A stretch of DNA of 64,000 nucleotides from the human T2T-CHM13v2.0 reference genome, Homo sapiens: NCBI RefSeq assembly GCF_009914755.1, contig NC_060947.1; one strand, given 5' to 3'. The translations under genes were made by a program, and so were the position numbers. Positions 1 through 15,145 of this stretch are shown piece by piece. Numbering within the stretch: the first letter of the stretch is position 1; each line of letters begins with the position of its first letter. A model generated the notes under the pieces. The model saw only the letters and a list, made by a program, of their open reading frames with translations, made no database searches and was not told the DNA's origin.

Positions 1-130
1 ATGAATGCCTGGAAAGATCCCCAGGGTCTTCATTATTTATGTTGTTTGATAAGCACATTCTAATTGTTGATAGGTTAAGGCCAGTGTTCTTAGACTGATG
101 TTCTCAAGGTTTTGTTTCTTCTACCTTAAG

Positions 131-198
131 AGTTAAAACATTCAAGAGAATTAATAGCATGTATTGAGCAATTACTACACCAGAGATACAAAGGATGG
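131..198 (+). other. Weak exon candidate (+), ..LKHSRELIACIEQLLHQRYKGW
   Basis: Pyrimidine-rich acceptor tttgtttcttctaccttaag|, donor TGG|GTAATT, one open frame; no recognised homology. Confidence 0.12.
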
Positions 199-673
199 GT
201 AATTAGAGAGCAAGAAGAAGTATTTGAATTTGGAATAAACAGTACAAATAAGAGAGACAGAGTGCAGGATATGTTGTACATCAGTGTTTGCTTGAAATGG
301 AGGAAGACTTTCCTGCAGGATGAAAAATGGAGAATGGCTAGAAAGGTTAGAGTTAGATTGTAAAAAAGCCTGAATGTTAAACTAAGCAATTTGTTTTACC
401 TTATAGGCAGTGGGGAGACATGGAGTACCATCAGTAATTCACTTATTTTCAGAGTAGAAGCATTTTGGCATTCTATTATCTATTACTTAATATAGAATGC
501 AGACATTTATTTGGAAATGCAATAGTCATTTAACTCTTAGCATGACAGCTCATGTGATATACAGTATTACATTTTCCCTATATTAAATACTATACGAAGA
601 ATAAAATCGATTTATATTTCAACTCTCTTTTTACTTGGAGATGGGGGTGAATGTTGTTGATCTTCATCTTTAG

Positions 674-790
674 GCAGTAATACTGATCATTATCATTACC
701 TTTATTAAATTCCAACAAAGTGCAAAGTGTAAAACATACAACTTGGCAAGGGAGTCCTTCTCATGGTTGAATAATTGGAGATATTTCAAG
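674..790 (+). other. Weak exon candidate (+), AVILIIIITFIKFQQSAKCKTYNLARESFSWLNNWRYFK
   Basis: Acceptor tcttcatctttag|, donor AAG|GTGAAT, 117 nt, phase 0/0, open frame; no recognised homology. Confidence 0.15.
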
Positions 791-864
791 GTGAATTATC
801 AAACTATTAACCTCTTTGGATTTTTCTTTTGGTCAGAATCATTAAAGGGACTGGTATTTGGGTG

Positions 865-1000
865 AGATTTGAACTCTGTGAGGTCAGAAACTATGACATA
901 CTTACTCTACTATTGACAATATCCAGCACATAATTATATGCCTGGCACATATTTAAGAGACTAAAAGGAACTTATTGAGTGAATGAGTGAATGAATGATA
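865..1000 (+). mobile_element. L2 LINE 3'-end fragment
   Basis: Degenerate L2 tail (..gcctggcacata..ttattgagtgaatgagtgaatgaatga). Confidence 0.65.
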
Positions 1001-1176
1001 TTCTGGACTTCTGTGATTTTTCCTAATGTGATTTCACCCCCCTTTCACTTAAGTCACCTATTGGCACTTGTACATTGTTATCACTAAAATTTATCCACTC
1101 TTAAGACCTGGTAATTAATGCAACACATGATCATGAATGGATCTCAGGCAAGAAGGAGCCATTAGGAGGAAAGTCT

Positions 1177-1283
1177 TAGCTAGGTGTGGTGGCACACAAC
1201 TGTAGTCCCAGGTACTGGGGATGCTGAGGTGGGAGGATTGCTTGAGCCTAGAAAGTCAAGGATGCAGTGAGCCGTGATAGTGA
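1177..1283 (+). mobile_element. Old Alu monomer/AluJ fragment
   Basis: ggtgtggtggcacaca..gctgaggtgggaggattgcttgagcc..gcagtgagccgtgat; no tail. Confidence 0.8.
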
Positions 1284-1852
1284 TATTCGAATAACATCTT
1301 TAGATAATAGAATTATATCAATGTTAATTTTGTGACATTGATCATTGTTCTTTGATTATGTAAGATGTTAACAGAATTTTTGCAGAATCTGGATAAAGGT
1401 TACACAATAATTATTTTATAATTTTTGCAATACTTGTGAAAGGCTGAAATTATTTCAAATAAACATTTTAAAAATTGAAGGCAAAAATTTTTTAAACCTT
1501 TTCACCCTCAAGATTATATTATTATTACATTGTAGTACTCATTTCATCCCCCCTGAGTTTCACTCCTACATATACCCTCATCATGATTTTTTTTGTTAGT
1601 CTGTTTTTTAAATGTATAATTCATATGCGATTGCACATATTTATGGGTACAATGTGATGTTTCAACTCATATATAAATATATAATTATCAAATCATGGTA
1701 ATTGCCATTTACATTACTGTAAACATTGATAGTTTATTTGTAGTGATAACATTCAAATTATTCTCTTCTAGCTCTCTTGAAATATATGTTATATTGTTAT
1801 TTGCTGTAGTCACCCTACCGTGTAATAGAACACCAGAATTTATTCTTCCTCT

Positions 1853-2789
<937 letters not shown>

Positions 2790-3250
2790 TAATATTCCAT
2801 TGCATATATGTACATTTTCTTTATCCATTCATTTGGAGACAGTAATTTGGGTTGACTCCATATCTTGTGCATTGTGAATAGTGTTACAATAATTATGGGA
2901 GTGCAGATATCTCTTTGATATACTGATTTAATTTCCCTTGGATATATACCCAGTAATGAATGGGATTGCTGGATCATATGGTAATTATAGTTTCAATTTT
3001 TTGAGGAACCTTCATACTGTTTTTCACAGTGGCTGTACTAATTTACATTTCCACCAACAGTGTTGGTTTTCTTTTGTCCCTATCCTCCCAACACTTGTTA
3101 TCTTTCATTTTTTTTTTTGATAATAGTCATTTTGACTGGGGTAAAATGAAATCATTGTGGTTCCCATTTGCATTTCTGTGATGATTAGTGGCGTTGAACA
3201 TTTTTTCATATATCTGTTGGCCATTTGTATGTCTTCTTTTGAAAAATGTC

Positions 3251-4019
3251 AGACTTCTGCTTCTGAGTCAAAGCCATGGTGGTGGCAAATTCAAGCCCTG
3301 AGCCCCCGTGGTGTTCTTTGATGTCAGCATTGTCAGTCAGGAAGTTGGCCACATGAAGATCCAGCTCTTTGTAGACATTGTGCCTAACACAGCTGAGAAC
3401 TTTGGGCAGTTCTGCACTGGAGAATTCAGAGAAGATCGGGTTCCAATAGGATACAAAGGGAGCACCTTTCACAGGGTCATAAAGGATTTCATGATTCAGG
3501 GTGGAGATTTTGTTAATGGAGATGTTACTGGAGTCACCAGCATTTACCAGGGACCATTTGCAGATGAAAATTTTAAAATCAGATACCCAGCTCCGGTCCT
3601 GCTTTCCATGGTGAACAGCAGTCCCAGTACAAATGGCTGTCAGTTCTTTATCACCCGCTCTAAGTGCAATGGCCTGGATGGGAAGCATGTAGTGTTTGGA
3701 AAAATCACTGATGGACTTCTACTGATAAGAAAGATTGAAAATGTTCCCACAGGCACCAATAATAAGGCCAAGGTACATATGGTGATCTCACGGTGTGGGG
3801 AGATGTAGTTCAGACCAAGACTGAATCAGACTTTCACTTCCTCTTGGCAATGTTCTTGAGTAAGATAATCTGGACTGGCCCCTGTGTTTGCTTCCCTGCC
3901 TGCTGCTACGCCATTTGATCAACAGACTCTAGCAGTATCAGAGATTCAGGATCCAAGATTGTGTTTAGGTTTTCAACTGTAAATAAAGTTTTTTGTATGT
4001 TTAAAAAAATAAATAAAAA
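3251..4019 (+). pseudogene. PPIH: Processed pseudogene of peptidyl-prolyl isomerase H (cyclophilin H)
   Basis: ORF 3308..3808 is clearly PPIH-derived ([54 protein letters not shown]). Intronless; ATG at 3276 is 32 nt (not 33) from the GTG at 3308, i.e. a 1-nt deletion; AATAAA 3982-3987; A-rich tail 4003-4019; TSD aaaaatgtc at 3242-3250 and 4015-4023. Symbol is the parent gene. Confidence 0.95.
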
Positions 4020-6059
4020 TGTCTATTTAGACCTTTTGCTCATTTTTAATAGGATTATTTGGTTGCTTGCTATTGAGTTGAGTTGCTTACATATTTTATT
4101 AGTCTCTTCTCAGATGAAAAGTTTGCAAATATTTTCACCCACTCTATAGATTGTCTCTTCACTCCATTGATTATTTCCTTTGCTATGCAGTAGCTTTTAG
4201 TTTTATGTAATCTCATTTGTCTATTTTTACTCTTGTTGCCTGTGCCTTTGAGTTCTTATTAAAAAAATCCTTGCCCAGTCCAATTTTATGAAGCATTTAT
4301 CTGTATTTTCTTTTAGTAATTTTATAGTTTGGGACTTACATATAAGTCTTTAATATATTTTGGGTTGATTTTTGTATATAGTGAGAGATAGGTGTCTTGT
4401 TTCCTCCTTCTGCATGTGGATATCCAGTTTTCCCAGCACTATTTATCAAAGAGACTGTCCTTTTTTCCCATGCATGTTCATGGTGCCTTTGTTGAAAATC
4501 AGTTGGCTATACATGCATGGATTTATTTCTGGGTTCTCTATTCTGTTTCATTGGTCTATGTGTCTGCTTTTATGCCAATACCATGTTGTTTTGGTTACAA
4601 TAGATTTGTAGAATATTTTGAAGTCAGGTAGTATGATGCCTCTCACCATCTTTTGTTCTTTTTGCTCCAGATTGCTTTGGTTATCCAGCGTCTTTTACAT
4701 TTCAATACCTCATTATGATCTTTGGTCCCTTGCTCTTACAGTATTTTCTAAGTCGATCACAACAGTTTTTAATATCATTGGCTTCCCTAACTAGCCTGTA
4801 GAAACAAAGTCTACAGTTTAGAAACTATTAAGTGCTTTAATTGATATCCTTGCATGGTCAGACTGAGTCAGACTTTTGGCCTTTACCATTTCCCCCATGT
4901 CATCCACAAACCTGGGCCACCAACTTCTCACCTGTTCTTAGAATCCTAAGAGCTACTAGGAAATTAACAAAATTGCATGATAATTTTCTACCACTTTCTT
5001 CCTTCAATGTTGGGTTCTAAATTTTTTACATTCCTTTTATTTATATCTTATTATCTTCCAACCATATTCTGCTTATTCTTTCCACAAATCTCAAACAACC
5101 TTAGTTCTACCACATAGACATAGTAACCACAGTTAACCTTAAGGAGTATATGCTGTTAATATGTAGAAAGAGGATAGCTCACTGCTGAAATTTTCAAAGT
5201 GAGTTTAGCCTCAAGTGCACATACTCTTTGTAACTTAATTTTCTCATTTGATAATATAACTTGAGAATTTCCAATGCCATGAAATATTATTGAGGACAGT
5301 AATTTTTGAATGTTACAATATATTTTATGTCACAATAATGTTGCAATGAGGATACACCAATTTCTGATCCTTTCTTAGCATAAATTTTTAGTAATGGAAT
5401 AATAATAATAGAAACAAGAGAAATATGTATTTTTAAGACTTACTGATCCATATTGCCAAATTTTCTTTTAAAACTCTGAACAAATTTGCGTTCTTGCCAG
5501 CAATGTAAAAGCGTACTTATTACAGAGCAAATGCAGTGCTATAATTTTTCTTTTAATTTTTCTAATTTAAATAACACAAAACAACAATAATTACAATAAT
5601 ATCATAGATTCATTTTGCACTTCTTTGGTTGAAAATATTTTTAATATTAATTGGCTGTCTATTTTACTTTTCTTTCTTTTCAACCTTTGTTTCTTTACCT
5701 GCAATTGTATTTTATGTCCATAATTTATTTTGGGGGACTTAGGTATAGAATGAGATAGTTAATATATTTAATATATATTTAGTATTAATGATAATAACAT
5801 TTAGCCTACCATATACAGAATAAATTTTTCTGTTTATTTTTCTTTAAAGTTGAGTTTTTATTTTTAGTATATACTTTTTTAATGTGAGCATAGCTTTTAA
5901 TATTTTATTTTATGGTTTGCCTCTTTCATTTATACTTATATATGTATCTGAAATTAATACTTATGAATTGAAAATACAAAGCATACTTGTATTTTTATCA
6001 TCATTTATTTTTGGTAAGCAAAGGTTTTTTTTTCTTTTTTTGCTTAATTTTCTTGTTTT

Positions 6060-6390
6060 TGTTTGTTTGTATAAATGTATTGGGTACATGAGAAATTTTG
6101 ATACGTGTATGTAATGCATAGTGATCAAGTCAGGGTATTTAAGATGTCCATCGCCTAATACAATACATTTTTTGTTCATTATAGTAACCCTACTCTGCTA
6201 TCAAGCATTTAATCTATTCCTTCTCTCCTACTGTATGTTTGTACCCTTTAACCCATTCTCTTTATTCTCTCCCCATCCCCCCACTCACCCTTCCCAGTCT
6301 CTGTTACCTATCTTTACACTCTCTGCCTCCATGTGATCAAATTTTTTAACTCCCACATACAAGTGAGAACTTGCAGTATTTATCTTTTTA
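6060..6390 (-). mobile_element. L1MA 3' end fragment
   Basis: Antisense L1MA 3' UTR (..ctcccacatacaagtgagaacttgcagtatttatc). Confidence 0.75.
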
Positions 6391-6786
6391 ACTTTGACAA
6401 TCATTTACACAATTCCCAGCACCATTGACTAGATGAACAAGGTTTTTTTCTCCACTAACTTAAAATGCGACTGTTGCATGAACTAACTTTGATAAGTTTA
6501 TGATGAACTTTTTTTTCTGTTTCATGGATTTCCCCACCAATCTCATGCCATTAGCAGACTATTGAAATTACTGTGGTTTCTACATACTTTTACTATCTCA
6601 TAGGGCAAGTCTTTACTCAGTAATTTCTTCAATCTTTGACAAATCTTACACATGTAGTCCTCCACTGAAACATTTAGAATTATTTTGAAAAGTTAAAAAA
6701 ATTATTTATATTTTTATGCTAATTTGGAAAAAAAGATCCAGATATACACTATAGGGTCATCTCCTTTGGAAAAATAGTGTCTTTCA

Positions 6787-7156
<370 letters not shown>

Positions 7157-8140
7157 TTATAGTTTCTTCCATATAGGTTCTATTAGGTTTTATACTAAAT
7201 ATTTATTTTGTTTCTATTTTGAAAACTGTGTTAAGAATCTTTGAAAAGTTTTCTCAAATTCATCCTTTAAATGCTTTTATGAATGGAGATTAGATTTTCA
7301 GTTTTACCAATTGCCTTTCAGGTTTCCATCAAAATCATATGTGATGAATTACTTTAATAATTACCTCATATTAAACTTTCATGTTAAACTTTCCCAGCAT
7401 GCCTGAAGTAAATTCTGTCTTTGTATAATAAAACAGGTCTTAGTATTGATTTTTTTTTCAGTTAGGTTTTTTGAGTTATAATTTACATACATAAAACTGT
7501 CATTTTTAGTGGTACAGCTCAAAGATTTTTAACAAATACATGCATCTATGTAATCACAACTGAAATAAAAATATAAAACTTGTTCATTACACCCAGTAGT
7601 TTCCTGTTATATTTTGGATTCAATCACCTTTATCCACTCCCAACCTCTGGCAACTATTGACTATATCCTTTAAAAACAGTTTTGCCTTTTCCAAAATAAC
7701 ATATAAATGGAACCATACAGTATGTAGCTTTTTCAGTCTGGTGTTTTTCACTTAGCATAATGCATGTGAGATTCAACTTTGTTGTTGTATGGCAATTTCC
7801 AAATGCCATTCATTGTATAGATGTACAACAATTTGTTTATCCATTAAAAAGCTGATGGACATTTGAATTACTTCTTGATACTTCTTGATTTTTACACTGT
7901 AAATAAAGCAACTATAATTACTTCTGTACAGATTTGTGTGGACTTACGCTTTTATTTCTCTTGGATAAATGCTTATAAGTGGGATTGCTGAATCACATAA
8001 GTGAATGTTTAACTTTATAAGAGATTGCAAAAATCCCAAAGTAGCTGTAATATTTTACATTTTCCACCACAGTGGATGAAAATTCCAGTTGCTTCACATC
8101 CTTACCAACACTTTGTAATGTCAGGATTTTTTTCTTTTAA

Positions 8141-8530
<390 letters not shown>

Positions 8531-8844
8531 TAATTTACATAGCATTCAATTCCCCCATTTAAGTGTATAATTCAAAGTTTTTTAGTATATTCACAGATAT
8601 GGAGTCAATTTTAGAACATTTTCACCACCTCAAAAAGAAACCCCACACCCTTTACCTAAGGACTGCCTATCTCCCCACTGCCTACCCTCAACCTTAAGCA
8701 ACTACATCTACTTTCTATCGCTATAGATTTCTGTGTTCTAGACTTTGACATGAATGAAATAATATAATGCATATTCTTTTGTGACTGACTTCTTCCACCT
8801 AGAATAATGTTTGTGAGATTTATCCATGTTTTAGCATCCATTAA

Positions 8845-9237
<393 letters not shown>

Positions 9238-9901
9238 TAGGCTAAAATGTCTTTTAATAGACATTGTTTAGGTTCATAGCAAAACTGAACAGAAAGTACA
9301 GAGATTTCCCACATATCATCTGCCCACACACATACTCAGCTTCCATACCATCACATCTCACAGGTGAGTAGTATATTTGTTATAATTGATGAACTTACAT
9401 TGATACATTGTTATCATGCAAAGTCCATAGCTTACGTTAGGGTTCACACTTGGTATCGTACAATCTATGGGTTTGGACAAATTCAAAATACATGTATCTA
9501 CAACTATAGTATGATATAGAACAGTTTCACTGTCCTAAGAATCCTCTGTGTTCCACCTATTAATCACCAGTCCTCTAACACCTCAGCAACCACTGATCTT
9601 TCTACTGTCCTCATGGTTTCACCTTTCCAGAATGTTATGTAGTTGGAATCATCTCAGAATGTCTTATTTCACTTAGTAATATAAAGTTATGGTTTCTCCA
9701 TGTTGTTTCATGCAGTCATCTATATTTATCTTCATATTTTCTATTTTTTGGTGCTTCTTATTTCCTTCTGTAGCTTTACGTTTCCATCTGGTATCATTTT
9801 TCCATCAGCACTTATAATTTCCTTTAGCATTTTTCACAGTTTATGCCTCCTTGTGAGAAAATCAGTTTTCATTTACCTGAAAATATCTTCATTTCTCCTT
9901 G

Positions 9902-10200
9902 TTTTTTTTTTTTCTTTTTTGAGATGGAGTCTCAATCTGTCGCCAGGGCTGGAGTGCAGTGGCGTGATCTCGGCTCACTGCGACCTCCACCTCCCAGTTC
10001 AAGCAATTCTCCTGCCTCAGCCTCCCGAGTAGCTGGGATTACAGGTGCCCACCACTACACCTGGCTAATTTTTTGTATTTTTAGTAGAGACAGGGTTTCA
10101 CCATGTTGGCCAGCCTGCTCTCAAACTCCTGACCTTGTGATTCACCCGCCTCGGACTCCCAAAGTGCAGGGATTACAGGCGTGAGCCACCATGCCCGGCC
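9902..10200 (-). mobile_element. AluS
   Basis: Full antisense Alu ending cccggcc. Confidence 0.95.
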
Positions 10201-10255
10201 TCTCCTTCATTTTTGAAAGATATTATCACTGGATATAAGATGCTGTTTCACAGAC

Positions 10256-10870
10256 TGTTGTTCTAGTGTTGTTGTTTTAGTGTTCAGGTTTTTTACTTTG
10301 CTGCACAGAAGAATTTGAGAGTGAGTCCAAAGTAAGAGGAGGCAAGAAGTTTACTGCAAAGCAAAAGTACACTCTGATAGCTGGGTCAGAGCAGGCTCCT
10401 TGAGAATGAGACAGTGCCTACTGGCACTGAGGAAACTCCCTTTATGGGTGTCTTACGTGATTATTCATGAAGGGGAAGGAACGGTCATTGTTGTTAGTCA
10501 TGTCCTGGGTGGTCTCCTGGCATCCACAGTCACTGTACACGCTAGCACATACATCGCATGTCTCATTAGCATTTAAAATTTCCACCCAGGGGTGTGTTTT
10601 TTACTATTATAATGATCAAAGTTCACCTTAGGGACATGGTTCTTTACTACTATGTATGCTCGGCCTTTGGGACTTTCCCTCCAACAGTTCCTACTTTGAC
10701 AAAAAAGTTGCCAACTGCAGGTGGCCACAGATATCTTTCCTGGCCCCTTTCTGGAGCATCATGCGTTACTGACTGGGGTCCTTGTGCTAACCTGTTTGGC
10801 CTCATTTGTATTGCTCTTACCCACCTGCAAGTAATCATGCTCATTCCTTCACTAATTGCCAGCCTTACTA
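10256..10870 (-). mobile_element. Solo ERV1-class LTR (family uncertain, MER66-like)
   Basis: GC-richer ~600-bp insert splitting L1 text; LTR-type motifs (agaagaatttgagagtgagtcc..aagtttactgcaaagcaaaagtacactc). Confidence 0.55.
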
Positions 10871-10927
10871 GGACTTGAAGGATGTCATAGGTGTCATATT
10901 TTCACTGTACTCTACTGTATCTGTTGA

Positions 10928-11265
<338 letters not shown>

Positions 11266-12616
11266 TTATTTTTTTTCTTATTTATATAATGGATCCTTTT
11301 TCTCTAGATGCTTTTAAGATCTTCTATCTTTGTATTTCAACATTTTGAGTACAATCTTTTCTTTGCATCTTTATTGAGCTTATAAAACCTGTTACACTGA
11401 CCTGTAAGTACAGAAGTAAAGATCTTATTTTTTTTTCTTTTCAAGTTTTGATCATGTTTTCTTCAAACATCTTATCTGTCTTTTTCTTTTTTCTTTCCTG
11501 CTGGGACTACAAAAACATATATTAGATTATTTAACCGTGTCCCAAAAGTCACTGAGGCTCTGATCTTTTATTCTTCAGACAGGTAATTTCTAATGACATA
11601 TTTTCAAGTTCATTGGCTTTTTCTTTTGCTCTAACCTGCTGTTAAGATCATCCAGTAAATTCTTCATTTTAGTTATTCAATTCTAAAATTCGCATTGTGT
11701 TCATGTTTATGATTTTACTCTTTGCTGATATTGCTCATCTGTTTAGATATCATGACTATAATTTCCTTAAAGTTCTAGAACATATGTTAGCTATTTTAAT
11801 CTATTTATTTACTAATCTCAACATCTTTGACATTTTGTGGTTGGCATTAGAGGCTTTTTTTTCTTATTACTATATTTCACATTTTTTCTCTTGTTGTATG
11901 TCTTATAATTAAAAATATATAATGGACAGAGTAGGTGATACATTGTACAAAACATGGATTCACCTATGTTCTACAAACAGTTATCTTGTCTGGACTTGAA
12001 CTTTTAAGTCTGTCTCTCCTGTGGTAGCTACCAGATGAAATTACCATTCAATTTGTCTTCAAGACTTGTTTTGTGCAGGATTCTTGGAAGCTTCTCTGCA
12101 CATATGTCCTTTGATGGTTATAATTTGAGCAGGGTTCACACGTTGATTTTGGGGCTCACCCCTCTGCATTTCTCTTTGTTTCAGGATTTTTAACCTTATT
12201 TTTCTAGCCATTGTGCCATCATTAAACTCTTCCTCTAACATGTCAAGACAGTAAGAGTGAGATTTTATGCTACAACATGATACATGGATCAGAAAGTGCC
12301 TTTTGGCAAAATGGAGTAAAGACTCAAAATTCACTAAGTGCAATTCCTGTCTTTCAATAGCTGACTTCTCTTCCATTTCTGCTGTTTTTAGTTGCTGTCC
12401 ACTGTATTCAAATCACTAGATTAGAATGCAGATTTTTTGGTATTCTGGTAGGTTTTCTTGGTATTTTTTTCCAGATTTTATAAGTTTTGTTTTCTGGAGG
12501 GTTGGTATGACTAAAGTGCTGTACCATTAATGGAAGCTGGAATTCTTATACATAAATTTCCTCTTTATGATTTTATTTCTAAGAAATGTAATTTGCATAT
12601 TTTTCAAATCTGAAGC

Positions 12617-12931
12617 TTTTTTTTTTTCTTTTTTCTTTTGTTTTTGAGACAAGGTCTTGCTCTGTTGCCCTGGCTTGAGTGCAGTGGTGCAATCGCAGCT
12701 CACTGCAGACTCAAACTCCTGGGCTCCAGTGATCCTCCCACTTCAGTTTCCTGAGTAGCTGGGACTACAAGCATGCACCACAACAGCCAGCTAATTTTTT
12801 TGTATTTTTTTTGCAGAGATGGGGTTTCGCCGTGTTGCCCAGGCTGGTCTCAAACTCCTAGCCTCGAGCGATTTGCCCACCTTGGCTTCCCTAAGTGCTG
12901 GGATTAGAGGTTTGAGGCACCACGCCCAGCT
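12617..12931 (-). mobile_element. AluJ
   Basis: Antisense Alu with J-type diagnostics (cactgcagactcaaactcctgggctc..gatcctcccac). Confidence 0.9.
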
Positions 12932-13249
12932 GTAGCTCTTTTTTTATGGTCACTTGGGCTTTATTCATATTTTTTAAATTTATTTAAATATTTTAGATAT
13001 ATTTTGTTTTGATACTGATATTTAGCATCCTTCTGGGTCTGTATCTGATGTTTGTTTTATTAATGGTACCGTGTTTCCTTGTGTGATTTATTACATTGAT
13101 TGTAAACTTAAAATTTTTGGAAATTGTGGGACATTTTTGAAACCTGTGAAGAAGAGTGGAACCATCTTTTCTTTTGAACACCTATAGAGGTTTATTCCTC
13201 TGTTATTGAACTTATGGCATTTCACTGTAAGGTGTTTACATATCTCTTT

Positions 13250-13700
13250 CATTTAGAATTAAGATTGCCTGCACAGAAAACTCCAAGTTATGTATGGTAG
13301 CTTAAAGAAGATTGGATCTTATTTTTCACCACATAAAAGCACTTTAGAGAAAGATAGTTTAGGTCTGTTATGTTACTCCACTTCATCATAAATATGGCTT
13401 CATTTTTTATTGTTGTATACTCATGTCTGTATTTTCCTCTGCATTGCCTAAGATAGTTGCTTCAGCTGTAGCCATCACACATGCATTCCAGCAAATAGAG
13501 AGGAAGAAAGAAACGAGAGGGTATGTCCCCTCTATTTATATTCATGTCATGATCGCCCTCCAGACACTATGTACCATTGCTCAAAACTTATTTACATGGG
13601 CACACCTGCTTCGAAGGAGCTCAGAAATGCAATTTTAATTCGGGACGACCAGATGCGCAGCTAAAAATTGGGAATTTATTAGTAAATAAGATAGGCATAA
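13250..13700 (-). mobile_element. MLT1-type MaLR LTR
   Basis: ..aagatagttgcttcagctgtagccatcacacatgcattccagc..cacacctgcttcgaaggagctcagaaatgcaattt. Confidence 0.6.
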
Positions 13701-14883
13701 TCTATACTAGGAGGGAATTAATATTCCCTCCTACCTACTTTGCCTCATCTATACTACTATATTATAATTGTATTGACTGAAATAATATCTTATCATTTTA
13801 TAGCCCCATAGAAGGTAGTTTTTAATGTCTTCCATGTAATATGTACTCAACAATTTTTAGTTGAATACACAGCGGAAGATTTTTTTACAGCCTTTAAAGT
13901 CACAAGGTGTTTTGCCCTTCCTAGTATTTTGTGTGACTCAGCTTAAATTAGCTAGTTATGAGATATTATTATGTTATTAATGTTGTATTTTTAGGGATGT
14001 ATGTTGACGATAGGAGATTTAAGTAGTTTGAATCAAAATTTTCTAAATGAGTGTATGAGTTATCTACTCAAGCTACAAGGATGTTTTTAGATATTTACTT
14101 GAATAAATTTAAATTTAAATTTGTTATTTTGTTATTTTATTTATACATTTTATCTATTTTATGTATATTTTATGTATTATATATACATAAAATAGAAGGC
14201 TATTTGTGTTGCAGCAGCAAACATGTTCACATGTATTTCTGGTACTAAGTTACCAATCAAGATAATGCTATGAATATTATAATAAGTAATAACCGGGTAT
14301 TCTATGAATAGAAAATGAAAAACAGAGACTGTAGCTGTCTTAGCCAAGGTAACACATCAGCAGGAAATATTAAATAGGAATACATAAAGAATCAGTTTTA
14401 GAGTTCATCATCAACGTTAGACAGTTACGATTAGGACTTGCCAATAGCATTTAAAACACAGGAATTTTTGGTTCCTCACATAGGTTTAAGCAGATATATG
14501 CTTGCCTCTCATTAGCCTAAATGTGAAATTCCTTTGTCACCTTAATTATTCCTTTTTGATTGTTTTTTGCTGAGATCCTGAAATTCTCTCTACTTCCCCC
14601 AGTACCTTACGACCCCTCACATAAGAGACACAACACACCATGATGCTAAGCAGACCTCTGTAGTTCATGTATTTTCCTAAAACTATTAATGTATCAAAAC
14701 GTAATTGTCTCTGGTCTGCAATTATCTTTAGCAGTCTACTCTCTGCTGGTGGTAGAAGTTGATGACAGGCTAAAACTTACAAATGAATCTTTCCTATATG
14801 AGAAATGTAAATCTCTAAGTGAGATTAAATACAAGTGTCTTTAAAAGATACTCTGATATGGCTGATTAAGGAGCATTCTTTCT

Positions 14884-15145
14884 AGCCAGGTGCAGTGGCT
14901 CACACCTGTAATCCCAACACTTTGGGAGGCTTAGGCAGGTGGATCACTTGAGGTCAGGAGTTTGAGACCAGCCTGGCCAACATGGTGAAAACCCATCTCT
15001 ACTAAAAATACAAAAAAATTAGCCAGGTGTGATGATGTGTGCCTATATTCCCAGCTACTCCGGAGGCTGGGGCAGGAGAATCCCTTGAACCCAGGAGGCA
15101 GAAGTTGCAGCAAGCCAAGATCACGCCACTGCACTCCAGCCTGGG
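14884..15145 (+). mobile_element. AluS lacking its last ~20 nt and poly(A) tail
   Basis: Ends at cagcctggg; flanked by aaggagcattctttct (14868-14883) and aagaaacattctttct (15147-15162). Confidence 0.9.

Noticed and set aside
3206-3688. 160-aa minus-strand ORF
   Set aside because: Antisense shadow of the PPIH retrocopy running into L1 sequence.
3308-3808. Functional cyclophilin gene
   Set aside because: The ORF starts at an internal GTG, the true ATG is out of frame, and the poly(A), TSD, lack of introns and conserved-residue changes mark a retrocopy.
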